Of a stretch of DNA of 64,000 nt, positions 39,265-49,625 are shown in pieces. Under the pieces are notes generated by a model, which saw only the letters and a list, made by a program, of their open reading frames with translations, did no database searches and was not told the origin of the DNA. Source of the DNA: a virus (Duplodnaviria; Caudoviricetes); the IMG/VR virus record IMGVR_UViG_3300014697_000001, positions 186,516 to 250,515 of that record; one strand, 5' to 3'. Position 1 is the first letter of the stretch. Each line of letters starts with the position of its first letter. A program made the translations under genes and the position numbers.

Positions 39265-41487
39265 ATGGATGCCACCACTATTCCTTCTGCCGTAGAGCAG
39301 ATCAACCAGCGCTACCATAGCCCATCGATGAATAACCCGGTCGAGTTGCGCCCGGAACTCATGTCGCTCTATGGTCTCAACCCATTCATCCGCCACATCT
39401 CCGCATCCCGCGCCGCCATGTTCACCGGCAACCTGGCTCAGATGGTGGTGATCAAGAATCCGATGCGTAAGCGCATCATGACTGGCATGGAACGTGCCTT
39501 TGGGGATGCAACCTTCTCCATCGAGTTCAAAGACGATGTGGAGATTCTTGAGATTATCCCGCGCTTTGGTCACACAGCCGGTGTCAACCGTATCCGCCAT
39601 TCCCCACAGACTGCAGTGATTTACGAGAACTTCAGTACCGGTGAGATCGGTGTACTGATGTTGACCGACTACAACTGCACACACCAGCACTTTGGTACGG
39701 AGTACAAACGTAACCGCGATAATCTTGACCAACTCCGTAAGGGCGCTCGTTTCCCCAAGGGCACCAAGCTGGCCCAGTCACCTCTGATCGATGAATTCGG
39801 TAACTACATGTACGGGATTGAGACCAACGTCTTGATGGATTCCGACGTGGCAGGGACTGAAGACGGCGTGAAGGTGCGTCGGGGTTACCTCGAGCGACTG
39901 GCTCCCACAGGATTTGAGACACGTGTCTTCGAATTCGGTCGCGAATACTACCCGATCAATCAGTCTTCCCAGCCGGGCGTGTACAAGATCATGCCGGACA
40001 TTGGCGAGAAAGTAGACTCCAGTGGTCTGCTGGTCTCGTTGCGGCGGTACGATCCGATCAGTGCTGTGTCGAACATGACGGTTGAAGCCCTGCAGCAACC
40101 TGACTACATCATGGACCGCAAACGCTTTGTCCAGCATGTCGATGCCGAAGTCGTGGACATCAAGGTTGAGCGCAACACCTCGATCAACATCCCACCGCTA
40201 CCCATCGGGATGGATGACCAACTGCTCAAGTACTACAACGCCGATACCGAATGGTACAAGAAGATCATTGACGTCTGGGTCGACCTGAAGCGCCGTTGCA
40301 GTCAGCGCGGTGTTCAGTTGCGCCTCGAGCCTCAGTTTGATCGTCTGGTATATGAGGCCATTGGTCGTGTAGGTCCTGACTACATCCGTCCCGATGCAGG
40401 TCTGGGTCGTCGTGGCGAGGAACCGGGTAAGGTTGATAAAGTCTACCGGGGCGTCAAGCTCGATGCCTGGCGGGTTGAGGTGACCTTCAAGTACCTGTCG
40501 GTGCCGAACAAGGGTTACAAGATCACCGACATCAACGGCGACAAATCGGTAGTCGTTGAAGTGGTAGATGATGAAGACATGCCCGTCGATGAGAACGGTA
40601 TCGTGGCGGACATCGTGGTAGACCCCAACTCCCGTTGGAACCGGGTAACCCCGGCATCCCCGATTGAGATGGTGATCTCGGCAGCAGGTCGTGACCTGGG
40701 CAAGCGCATTCAAGCCTCCTTCGGGTTTGACATGAACATCCAGTTGACCGAAGATGAAGTCATGGATGCCGTCATGAGTCCTGACAACCGTGACCTGGTC
40801 AAGGTGGCTTACCAGGAGCTGTTGGAATTCTACAAGGTAGTGGTTCCGTTCCAATACGAAGACATGACCGATCCGGCTTTCCTTAAGAAGAACCCGGAGC
40901 ACATGTACGATCACGTGGCCTCGGTGCTGTTGGATCACATGTACGGCCTGTACCTGTTTCACCCCACCGACAACCCGGTGAGCACCCCTGATGTAATCCG
41001 TACGATCAAGGACCGTTGGCCTCCATTTATCACGCCGGTCCGTTTCCGTGGTCGTGATGGTAAGATGAAGGTGTCTCGCGAACCGAAGCTCATCGCCTCG
41101 TCGTATTACATCAACTTGGAGAAAACTGCCGAGGATTCCTGGATGGCAGCCTCATCTTCCAAGTGTAACGTGTTTGGCACTACCGCCCGCCTTAACAACA
41201 ACGACAAGTACGATTCACCCGGTCGACAGTCATCGATCCGAGTCGGCGAGTCTGAGTTCCGTTCGGCAGCAGCAGTCTGTGGAGGCGAACCTATCGCAGA
41301 TCACTACGATGCCAGTAACAACCCCATCGCACACAAGTTCGTCTTGCGTCGATTGTTGACACACCCCACTCCCACCAACATCGACGAAGTCCTTGACCGC
41401 ACTGTAGTGCCGGTGGGTGGACATCGTCCGTTGGCATACGTGCGCCACATGTTCGAATGCTCCGGCAAGTCGTTCACCAACACCTGA
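39265..41487 (+). CDS. Non-virion RNA polymerase beta-like subunit (gp71-73-like)
   Basis: SASRAAM, GTEDG, GYKITDINGDKSVV, DIVVDP..RWNR and RVGESE motifs. Confidence 0.9.
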   Translation: MDATTIPSAVEQINQRYHSPSMNNPVELRPELMSLYGLNPFIRHISASRAAMFTGNLAQMVVIKNPMRKRIMTGMERAFGDATFSIEFKDDVEILEIIPRFGHTAGVNRIRHSPQTAVIYENFSTGEIGVLMLTDYNCTHQHFGTEYKRNRDNLDQLRKGARFPKGTKLAQSPLIDEFGNYMYGIETNVLMDSDVAGTEDGVKVRRGYLERLAPTGFETRVFEFGREYYPINQSSQPGVYKIMPDIGEKVDSSGLLVSLRRYDPISAVSNMTVEALQQPDYIMDRKRFVQHVDAEVVDIKVERNTSINIPPLPIGMDDQLLKYYNADTEWYKKIIDVWVDLKRRCSQRGVQLRLEPQFDRLVYEAIGRVGPDYIRPDAGLGRRGEEPGKVDKVYRGVKLDAWRVEVTFKYLSVPNKGYKITDINGDKSVVVEVVDDEDMPVDENGIVADIVVDPNSRWNRVTPASPIEMVISAAGRDLGKRIQASFGFDMNIQLTEDEVMDAVMSPDNRDLVKVAYQELLEFYKVVVPFQYEDMTDPAFLKKNPEHMYDHVASVLLDHMYGLYLFHPTDNPVSTPDVIRTIKDRWPPFITPVRFRGRDGKMKVSREPKLIASSYYINLEKTAEDSWMAASSSKCNVFGTTARLNNNDKYDSPGRQSSIRVGESEFRSAAAVCGGEPIADHYDASNNPIAHKFVLRRLLTHPTPTNIDEVLDRTVVPVGGHRPLAYVRHMFECSGKSFTNT

Positions 41488-41563
41488 GTGGGTTATTGTC
41501 TCACCCAATAGACGGGGCCGCGTAGCCCCGTCATCACCCCAAGTTTGGCGAGGAAAGTATCGC

Positions 41564-43630
41564 ATGCGCAAAATCAAAGCCAGGGATTTCATGCACCTGG
41601 ATATCCCGAAGACATTTCGCGATATGCCAGATGAAAAGCTGGAAATTGAGTTCGATGACGGTGTTCTGGTTACCAACACCCGACGGACCGTCCTCAGTTG
41701 GTTCTGCTGGGAGCTGCACCGCAAGTTTCCACGCACCCCCTTGAACGTCTGTCACCATGTAGGGAATGCCTTCCCCAGTGCCGACATGGTACCTAAGACA
41801 CTGTCATTGATTGTTCGGGATCTTCATTACACCTACTTCAACACCATCGGCGATGATCACGACGCGTGCTACGACCGTGAGGCGGCGTGGCGGGTCGTCA
41901 AGGACATCGGTAACGAGATTTACAACGTCCTGTCCATCGAGCTGGAAGAGTGGCAGGTGTCGATCAACGCGTTCCATCTGTTGGAACTGTTCGACTACCC
42001 GGCGATTGCCGAGGTGCGCAAGACCCTCCGTCCCAATCAACTGTCGATCACCAACGCCTACGACACGGCTACCGAGATCCTGATGAAGGACCCGGCGATC
42101 CTACATAACCCGATTGTCCGTGGCCTGCGAAGCCGTCAGATCAAGATGGGTCAGTTCCTGCAGATTCTGATCTGCCGGGGGTATCTGACTGACCTTGACC
42201 AGGTGATCTTCCGCAAGCCGATCACGGTAGGGTTCTTCGAAGGCCTGACCACCATGCACGACATCATGATCGAGTCGTGTTCGGCGAAGAAAGCCCTGCT
42301 GTTCACCAAAAAGCCCCTCCGGATTGTCGAGTACTTCAACCGTAAGATGCAGTTGTCGACCACGGTGGTAGACAAACTAATCTGGGATGATTGCGGCTCC
42401 GACATGTATTCGGAGATTCCGGTAGACTCGGTGATCTTCCCGTACCTCGATGGAAAGTTCTACCTGAACGAGAAGACCAATCGCCTACAACCAATCACGG
42501 CCAGTGACAAGGCCGCCTTGGTGGGTAAAACCATCAAGATCCGCTCGGCCTTCTTCTGTCGTCACCGTGGTCGTGGTGAAGTCTGTCACGTGTGCTTCGG
42601 TGAACTGGCCTGGTCGGTACCCCGTGGAACTTCCTTGGGACATGTCTGTGCCACCGAGCTGTGCCGAGAAGGTTCTCAGCGAACCCTGTCGGTCAAGCAC
42701 CTGGACGGCTCGTCAGTGGTGGAGGAGATCGTCATCTCTGAGGAGTACATGCCGTATATCGACGTGTGTGCGTCAGACCCAACTGAGGAGGAGGAGCTGC
42801 AACACCTACTCGATGGTGAAGAACTGCCAGTGTCGACGAAAGACAGTTCGCTGCTGAAGTTCAACCCCCGCATCAAGCCAATGAAGCCTGTGTTGGTTCT
42901 TTCGGCGGCACCGGACAAGGGCATGGACAATGCGGTGAACCTGGCTACCGTGACCAAGGACACTGTGGTTGATCGCTTGAACATCCACCGCTTCACATCC
43001 TTCCGGGAAGTGCAGCTTCGGGTTACCAATCTGCGCGACGAGACCTTGAGTGTGTTCATCCCTGTCTCTCAGGGTGCACGCATGGCTTCACTGTCTCGCA
43101 TCATGTTGCATTACGTACAAGACCACGGCTACACGGTAGACGAAGACGGTAACTATTGCATCGACCTGTCCGAGTGGGAATTTGCAGCCCCAGCATTCTC
43201 CCTCCCACGTCGCCATGCCAGTACGCTGGACTTCATGGCAGCAGTCGAGGCCTTCATCCGGTCACCGGCAAAGAAATCCGAGCGCAATGGTTTCTCCGGT
43301 CGTATGCTGACAGGCTATACCGATCCGGTGGCAGCCCTGTTGGACTTCAGTGATCTGGTGAACTCCCAACTCTGGGTACACATCAGTCACCTAGAAGTCA
43401 TCTTGTTGTCGCTCATGCGGCCAGCCGATGATCCCGACGACTATCGCCTACCGAGTATCGATCAACCCATCAAGTTCGAGGAGCACCGCACCCTCATGCA
43501 GTATCGTTCTGGTGGTCAGCAGTTTGCATACGAGCGCCAGCCCGATACCATCGAAGATCCGGACAGCTATCTGATCACCAAGCGCCCAGCCGGGCTGCTC
43601 GATCCGTTTGCATTGCCGGAAGTCATTTGA
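41564..43630 (+). CDS. Non-virion RNA polymerase beta'-like C-terminal subunit (gp74-like)
   Basis: Bridge-helix-like region, DCGS, RSAFFC...VCHVCFG Zn site, trigger-loop-like SQRTLSVKH. GAGGA RBS. Confidence 0.9.
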   Translation: MRKIKARDFMHLDIPKTFRDMPDEKLEIEFDDGVLVTNTRRTVLSWFCWELHRKFPRTPLNVCHHVGNAFPSADMVPKTLSLIVRDLHYTYFNTIGDDHDACYDREAAWRVVKDIGNEIYNVLSIELEEWQVSINAFHLLELFDYPAIAEVRKTLRPNQLSITNAYDTATEILMKDPAILHNPIVRGLRSRQIKMGQFLQILICRGYLTDLDQVIFRKPITVGFFEGLTTMHDIMIESCSAKKALLFTKKPLRIVEYFNRKMQLSTTVVDKLIWDDCGSDMYSEIPVDSVIFPYLDGKFYLNEKTNRLQPITASDKAALVGKTIKIRSAFFCRHRGRGEVCHVCFGELAWSVPRGTSLGHVCATELCREGSQRTLSVKHLDGSSVVEEIVISEEYMPYIDVCASDPTEEEELQHLLDGEELPVSTKDSSLLKFNPRIKPMKPVLVLSAAPDKGMDNAVNLATVTKDTVVDRLNIHRFTSFREVQLRVTNLRDETLSVFIPVSQGARMASLSRIMLHYVQDHGYTVDEDGNYCIDLSEWEFAAPAFSLPRRHASTLDFMAAVEAFIRSPAKKSERNGFSGRMLTGYTDPVAALLDFSDLVNSQLWVHISHLEVILLSLMRPADDPDDYRLPSIDQPIKFEEHRTLMQYRSGGQQFAYERQPDTIEDPDSYLITKRPAGLLDPFALPEVI

Positions 43631-43691
43631 CCCGATAGAGAGGAGGGCTTCGGCCCTCCTCTCTTTATCATCTACCAAAGGGGCCTCTGCC

Positions 43692-43913
43692 ATGTCGCTG
43701 AACATGACCGTACAAGTTACAGAAAGCTGCACCATTAACGCCCGTAAACTCATCCAGGAGAAGACTGAGACCGATACCAGTGGGGTAGCCCTCATCGTAG
43801 TCAGCGATGTACGCATCGAAGGCGTGGAAGCCTCCTGCGAGGATGTCGTCGTTACCTATGCTGCGGGTGAAGCGGGAGTCGGCACAGCTTCGTTCGAAGC
43901 TGTCCTGATGTAG
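43692..43913 (+). CDS. Small hypothetical protein
   Basis: 73 aa following a terminator; AAGGGG RBS. Confidence 0.45.
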   Translation: MSLNMTVQVTESCTINARKLIQEKTETDTSGVALIVVSDVRIEGVEASCEDVVVTYAAGEAGVGTASFEAVLM

Positions 43914-44114
43914 CCGTGAACGATATCCACGGATAGCTTCAGGGACTTTGTTAAAGACGGTATGGGTGCGATAGACCCAGACCTGTTGACGTTATTCAGA
44001 TAAGCCCTCAGGAGATCCTGATGGATCTCCTGGGACTTCCTTGGATTTAGTTTTTTATCATTTTATCAGGGTTTGATATGTATTAAGCACCGTATGCGTT
44101 TAGGGGAGATCCCA

Positions 44115-46691
44115 ATGAAGATTGACGTTTACAGTCACGCGATCAAAGTAAGGGATGTAACCACAGACCGAGACCTGCAGGCCATGCTGTCGTTCTGTAA
44201 GCCCCTGATCGAATTTGGCTTTGAAAAGAAAGGCAAGAAGTTTTACCCCAAGGCAATGCGTACGTACGCCGCCGCGACCCGCAACCGTAAGGAATTCAGC
44301 TTCCACCGTAACCAACTGGATGAGTTGAAAGACTTCCTCTTTAAACGCCAGGGTTACGTTGAGCGTCTGATCCAGATCACCCACCACACCGTTGACCGTA
44401 GCGACTATCCGGTGGTTGAGTTTGACATCCGCAAGATGCACGACCCTCGACCGATTCAGGTCGGCATCATCGAATACATCCTCGACATTGACAACCCTGC
44501 ATGGGACCCGATCATCAAGATGGTGACACTGCAGACCGGTGGGGGAAAAATGGAACGGGCTACCAACCATGTCCGTATTCCGGGCGGCTGGAAGCAAATC
44601 GGGAAGCTTAAAGAAGGTGATTATGTCATCGCACGGGATGGGAAACCGACCAAGGTACTTGGCGTGTTCCCTCAGGGAAAGAAACAACTTTATCGCGTAA
44701 CCTTCTACGATGGCCGGTTTGTTGACGTCGGAGCTGAACATCTTTGGCAATCGTATTACGTCAATACACAGGAACACTGTCGGTGGAAGGTCAGAGATAC
44801 GCTTGAACTGAAGCGCCTGATTTCAATGCCCAATCCGAGAGTCTACGTCCCCTTGATGGACCCAGAAGATATTCCTGAGCAGGACCTTCCCATCGATCCT
44901 TGGTTATTGGGTGTGCTGATAGGCGATGGTAGTTTTACACAGCGACAAGTAACTGTAACAACCCCAGATCAGTTTATTGTCGATAAGGTTAACTCCAAAT
45001 TGACATACGGACAGAAATTGGTTTGGGCGGGTCGGTATAATTACCGCATCACCGGCAATCGAAGATACAATGCCATACAGGCGGACCTTGAATACCTTGG
45101 TTTGTTCGGATGTTCTGCCGTTGACAAATTTATTCCGTATATGTACCTAGAGTCTTCAATTGAACAGCGTAAGGAACTGCTCAAAGGCCTAGTTGACACA
45201 GACGGTTATGTCAATGGTCACGGTACGATGTCTTACTGCACCATCAGTGAGCAACTGGCCAAAGATGTCCAGTACTTGGTTCGTTCGTTAGGTGGGATGG
45301 CCCGGATTCGTACCAAGAACCCCGTCTACACGCACAATGGCGAGAAGAAAGACGGGCAGTTGGCGTACAACGTCTACATCCGTCTACCTAAGCCCAGCGA
45401 TGCCGTCAGCCTGCCGAAGAAGCTTGAACGTGTGAACGATGCGAATCAGTACTCACACAAGCTGAAGCTGCAGGTCAAGTCGATCGAAGCTGTGGATGTC
45501 GACGACGCTGTATGTATCATGGTTGAGCATCCAGAGCATCTCTACGTAACCAAAGACTTCATTGTCACCCACAACACCTTTCTTGCCCAGTACTGCATGA
45601 ACATGCTCCAGTCACGCACCGTCATCCACTTCAAGGGGGGTTACGTTGAGCGGTGGAAGAACGACTTGGAAGAGACGTTCAATTTCAAGCGTGGCGAGTT
45701 CCTGATTGTCCGTGGCAGTAAGGACATGATTGCCCTGCAGACCATGGCGCTGGAAGGCACACTGAAAGCCAAGGTCATCATCATCACCACCGCCACGATG
45801 CGTGATTACATCAAGGACTATGAGGAGTCCAACGGCTACTCCAAGGTGTACCCGATCGCACCGATGGATTTCTATCCTAAGTTGCAGGTGGGTTTCCGGA
45901 TCAATGACGAATTGCATCAGGAGTTCCACAACAACTACCGGATAGACCTGTATACCCACGTACCCAAATCGCTGGGTCTGTCGGCGACCATGACCAGTTC
46001 GGACAAGTTCAAGAACAAGGTCTATGACATTGCCTACCCATTGAGGCAGCGTCATGATGGTGGTGGTTACAACGTCTACATCGGGGTGACAGAAGTACTC
46101 TACCAGATGGATCAGGATGTACGGATTCGTTACATGGGTGCGCAGGGCTATTCGCACACTACGTACGAAGAATCCATCATGCGCCACAAGGGCCTGCTGA
46201 GAAACTACCTCAAGATCATCGAACATGCGATTTATAACCGCTTCGTTCAACATCGTGAGGAAGGGCAGAAGGCGCTGGTGTTCTTTGCGCGGGTAGATAT
46301 GTGCACCCTGATGGTTGAGCGGTTGAAGAAGCTCTACCCGGAATTGGACGTGGTGCGCTACGTGGGCTCCGAGGGTGACTCGTACGAAGACATCTTGGAT
46401 GCGGATATCACCGTTTCCACGATTGGCTCGGCAGGTACCGCCATCGACATCAAGAACCTGCGCTGTACGTTCATGAGCACAGCGATTGACTCGCGTCAGT
46501 CGAACGAGCAGGTGCTGGGTCGGACCCGTCCCCTTAAGGATTGGCCAGACATCACACCTGAGTTCATCTACTTCAGCTGTGTCGAGATTGAACAGCACGC
46601 CAAGTACAGCCGCAACAAGAAAGAATACTTCAACGGGAAGGTGGTTCACCACAACAGCGTGATGAGTAAGTATGTTCTAGCACTGAACTAA
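44115..46691 (+). CDS. SF2 (UvsW/RAD25-like) helicase containing an intein (gp75-like)
   Basis: Q-motif PRPIQ, Walker A TGGGK|T split by the intein, Walker B DELH, SAT, GTAIDI, QVLGRTR. Confidence 0.9.
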   Translation: MKIDVYSHAIKVRDVTTDRDLQAMLSFCKPLIEFGFEKKGKKFYPKAMRTYAAATRNRKEFSFHRNQLDELKDFLFKRQGYVERLIQITHHTVDRSDYPVVEFDIRKMHDPRPIQVGIIEYILDIDNPAWDPIIKMVTLQTGGGKMERATNHVRIPGGWKQIGKLKEGDYVIARDGKPTKVLGVFPQGKKQLYRVTFYDGRFVDVGAEHLWQSYYVNTQEHCRWKVRDTLELKRLISMPNPRVYVPLMDPEDIPEQDLPIDPWLLGVLIGDGSFTQRQVTVTTPDQFIVDKVNSKLTYGQKLVWAGRYNYRITGNRRYNAIQADLEYLGLFGCSAVDKFIPYMYLESSIEQRKELLKGLVDTDGYVNGHGTMSYCTISEQLAKDVQYLVRSLGGMARIRTKNPVYTHNGEKKDGQLAYNVYIRLPKPSDAVSLPKKLERVNDANQYSHKLKLQVKSIEAVDVDDAVCIMVEHPEHLYVTKDFIVTHNTFLAQYCMNMLQSRTVIHFKGGYVERWKNDLEETFNFKRGEFLIVRGSKDMIALQTMALEGTLKAKVIIITTATMRDYIKDYEESNGYSKVYPIAPMDFYPKLQVGFRINDELHQEFHNNYRIDLYTHVPKSLGLSATMTSSDKFKNKVYDIAYPLRQRHDGGGYNVYIGVTEVLYQMDQDVRIRYMGAQGYSHTTYEESIMRHKGLLRNYLKIIEHAIYNRFVQHREEGQKALVFFARVDMCTLMVERLKKLYPELDVVRYVGSEGDSYEDILDADITVSTIGSAGTAIDIKNLRCTFMSTAIDSRQSNEQVLGRTRPLKDWPDITPEFIYFSCVEIEQHAKYSRNKKEYFNGKVVHHNSVMSKYVLALN
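44550..45575 (+). mobile_element. Class 3 intein with LAGLIDADG endonuclease (342 aa)
   Basis: Starts with Met after GGGK and ends ...IVTHN before Thr+1. WCT triad in EHLW, AVCI and VTHN. LAGLIDADG motifs LLGVLIGDG and LLKGLVDTDG. Confidence 0.92.
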
Positions 46692-46779
46692 GTGGGAGGG
46701 CTTCGGCCCTCCCCTTATGTCGTGCGTCAATGAAAACCAACCTCACCCATTGTACAGACCATCATTAGGAAGTCCAGTT

Positions 46780-47775
46780 ATGATCCCCAGTAACGAAAAA
46801 GAAGTGATCAAAGCCCTTGGGTTGCTGTCCGACAACCTCACGAACAATAACCCCGGTCTAGCAGCCTACCCTCAGCTGCAGGGTACCTTCTACGCCCTGC
46901 AGGCCAATCTGCAGGACCTCGTTGGCGCACTCGTTGCCACCCAGCGGGACGAAGCCCTGTACGGCAAGACCGAAGCTGCAAAACTCTACCTACTTCAACA
47001 CCAGCGGCATCATTCGCTTCCAGAAGGGGTATTAAAGTCGGTTATGAAAGGCATGTATGCTGAAGCCTGCAGACGCCCAATCGGAATGATTTTAGCGTAC
47101 GCGATCGCTTATCGCGGGTTGAGTACGGAACCGTCACTCTGGATTAACGCAGATCAGGCAGCTTCTCGTGTCAAGGTCTTTCCCGATACTCGGGAAGTAC
47201 TGATAAGTTGGTACAATCGCGCCATGACCATCACACTGCCCGATCTTTGCACAGGTGCCGGAGTCGTCAACGCCCCGTTGTTCCACGAACCGATCCCGGT
47301 GGATGTGGACATGACGTACCTGGATAAAGTCTTGTACACGCCGTTGTATGAGCGTCTCGTGGGCGATGAGCACTGGGAGGTGACTGATCCCAAATATTTG
47401 CTCATGGATCACTACTTCTTGAAAGACGGCGAGGCCACTGAGGAGAACCTCGATCATCCACTGGTGCAGTTGCGCGCTCTGCTCAATGGAAGCATGTACG
47501 GTCGTACCGACGCTAGCCATGTGTACGCCGAGTGGAAAGATTATCGACTGCTGTTCTCCACAGAACGCGATTGGAATCATGATCCGTTATTATTGCTAAA
47601 GGTCTCGGTCAATGTACCGTCCACTGACCCGACTGCCCGGCACCATAACCTGCTCCATGGCTGGTGGCATAATCCGTTGCTGGTCAATGACCTGCTCAAG
47701 GACATGGACGGCATCATTGATCAGTTACTGACCCGGCACGAAGCCGAGCTGGCAGATCGACCGGATACCGTTTGA
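46780..47775 (+). CDS. Hypothetical protein
   Basis: About 331 aa, AGGAAG RBS, lying between terminators. Confidence 0.75.
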   Translation: MIPSNEKEVIKALGLLSDNLTNNNPGLAAYPQLQGTFYALQANLQDLVGALVATQRDEALYGKTEAAKLYLLQHQRHHSLPEGVLKSVMKGMYAEACRRPIGMILAYAIAYRGLSTEPSLWINADQAASRVKVFPDTREVLISWYNRAMTITLPDLCTGAGVVNAPLFHEPIPVDVDMTYLDKVLYTPLYERLVGDEHWEVTDPKYLLMDHYFLKDGEATEENLDHPLVQLRALLNGSMYGRTDASHVYAEWKDYRLLFSTERDWNHDPLLLLKVSVNVPSTDPTARHHNLLHGWWHNPLLVNDLLKDMDGIIDQLLTRHEAELADRPDTV

Positions 47776-47904
47776 ATATGAGGCGACATAGCGAGGGGCC
47801 TTCAGGCCCCTCGTGTATTCGATTCGAAAGTTTTTCAACGATACATACTAGGGGTGAGCAAGCTAGAACGATCTAGCCGATAACCTTTCTATGGAATTGA
47901 AATC

Positions 47905-48057
47905 ATGCCTGTACATAATCCAATCCCCGGCACCCTGTCTCTTGAAGAGCTGATGGAGGAGTTTAATTCGGAAGTCGAACGTCTCGAGAATAACCGTCGT
48001 AAACTTGATGAGGATTTCACAAGCGGCCGTGCCTACCTGCGGATGAAGTTCAACTGA
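47905..48057 (+). CDS. Small early protein (50 aa, below the ORF-track cutoff)
   Basis: MPVHNPIPGTLSLEELMEEFNSEVERLENNRRKLDEDFTSGRAYLRMKFN. Has its own promoter motif (47821-47860) and terminator (48063-48114). Confidence 0.6.
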   Translation: MPVHNPIPGTLSLEELMEEFNSEVERLENNRRKLDEDFTSGRAYLRMKFN

Positions 48058-48182
48058 TGCCGCATAATCGGGGGTCCTAAGACCCCCGGAGCTATCGGTT
48101 GGATTTCTTTTTTTGCTTTTGATTGGATGGGTTTACAACCCTACATCATTCATCAGATTAACCATTCGTAAGGACTATCATC

Positions 48183-48776
48183 GTGTTTAATATCAATCTT
48201 ACTTCGTTGCGTAACGCCATTGTGCAGGATTTCTCAAAGGCGTGGGAACTCAATGACGAAGCGCATCGTTTCAAGCATTTCAGTCAGGTTGAACTGTGCG
48301 GCAATGAAATCAACAATCGGCTGGGGTTGGGCCACGAACCAATCCTGATTCTGTTCTCAGCATTCTTCCATGACATGTTTGCATGGAGTCGATTCAATCA
48401 TCATTTACTCAGCGCTGAGTGGATCATGACCACCGATTATGATCCGATCGATACCTTGACCGAACATCAACGGGAACTGGTAGCTGCAGGCTGTCGGGAA
48501 CATCGTGCGTCAGGCAAAGACCCCTTCACCTGTCAGTTCGCTGAGCTGATGTGTGCAGCTGATCGGGAGTTGCCAGGTCGGATTGAGGACATGCTGGAGC
48601 GTGCTATTCAGTATCGAGTAGCGCGCGGCATGACACGAGATGTAGCCATGGCACCGGCCATTGCACACATCAAGGAAAAGTTCGGCACGGGCGGGTATGC
48701 CAGATATCCAAGACTGTATTTGGATGCCTTTGGTGATACTTTGGAAGTACAGCGAAAAGAAATCGATAACCTGTAA
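48183..48776 (+). CDS. HD-domain phosphohydrolase
   Basis: HRFKH...FFHD...NHH...EHR...AAD; AAGGA RBS; promoter motif upstream. Confidence 0.85.
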   Translation: MFNINLTSLRNAIVQDFSKAWELNDEAHRFKHFSQVELCGNEINNRLGLGHEPILILFSAFFHDMFAWSRFNHHLLSAEWIMTTDYDPIDTLTEHQRELVAAGCREHRASGKDPFTCQFAELMCAADRELPGRIEDMLERAIQYRVARGMTRDVAMAPAIAHIKEKFGTGGYARYPRLYLDAFGDTLEVQRKEIDNL

Positions 48777-48797
48777 GAAAGGAGTTTGACTACACAG

Positions 48798-48850
48798 ACG
48801 GCATAGAGAGGAGCCGCAAGGCTCCTCTCTTAGCTGTTTCTTTTTTCTTT
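48798..48850. terminator. Bidirectional hairpin terminator
   Basis: GACGGCATAGAGAGGAGCC-GCAA-GGCTCCTCTCTTAGCTGTTTCTTTTTT; nearly identical to 13133-13184. Confidence 0.8.
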
Positions 48851-48851
48851 G

Positions 48852-48875
48852 TTACTTACCGTAGTAAGCCAGCAG
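48852..48875 (-). pseudogene. Stranded original 3' end (LLAYYGK*) of the 970-aa gene
   Basis: The minus strand reads CTG CTG GCT TAC TAC GGT AAG TAA, matching the current terminus LLAYYGVN* at 49626-49652. Confidence 0.8.
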
Positions 48876-48940
48876 CGTGAAAGATTTTATGGCGATACAT
48901 TACTAACATGATCGACCTACCGATCAAATAAGGAATAGAA

Positions 48941-49582
48941 ATGAGAGTAAAACATGATCCAGTAATTGCAGCCTATAAAATCACAGATACTGAGACCGGT
49001 ACGTTTTATGTCGGAAGCACCACTAATCTTTCCAGGCGACTTGGGGAGCATAGGTTCCGTTTGCTGTCAGGGAAACACCCTAACATTAACCTTCAACAAG
49101 GTTTCACTTGTTGGGATAATATCGAAATAGAATACACTGCCGTGCCGACGGAAGAACTGTCAAAGAAACTTGAACAGAGTCTCTTGGATTTCCACAGAGG
49201 TGATCCAAATTGCGCTAACCTCGGTACTGGCGCAATAACCCCATGGTCTAACGGCATGCCCGATGAAAGTCGCGAGAAATGCCGGCTAGCCAATTTGGGC
49301 AGAACACGTAGTCCTGAGACGATCCAGCGAATACGTGAAGCTGCTCAGCAACGCCCGCCCGTATCAGAAGAAACTCGACGTAAATTATCGATGATCGGCA
49401 AAGGCAGACCTCATAGTGACGAACACAAACAACAAATAGCCGCTTCTCGCCGGAAACAAATTATCATTGACGGCGTTAAATACGACGGCATCGAAGTTGC
49501 TGCTAAAAGTCTTGGCCTATCCAGACCGACTGTCAGAAAAAGGTTACAGTCTCCTGACTGCACCACTTGGAATTTTACATGA
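48941..49582 (+). mobile_element. Free-standing GIY-YIG homing endonuclease with NUMOD3/NUMOD1 DNA-binding modules
   Basis: AAYKIT...FYVGST...RRLGEH...E...N catalytic domain; SPET/SEETRRKLS/HSDEHK repeats; C-terminal HTH. Own promoter and terminator; lower GC than its surroundings. Confidence 0.88.
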
Positions 49583-49625
49583 CATAATAGAGGTAGTCCC
49601 TAAGGACTACCTCTTCTTTTTTTGT

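Noticed and set aside
41417-41563. N-terminal extension or frameshift joining the two nvRNAP genes
   Set aside because: An intergenic hairpin at 41511-41532 and a good RBS before ATG 41564 support independent initiation; no slippery site.
43914-44114. ncRNA or small gene upstream of the helicase
   Set aside because: Only a terminator-like hairpin (44007-44032), short frames without an RBS, and TATG words; not enough support.
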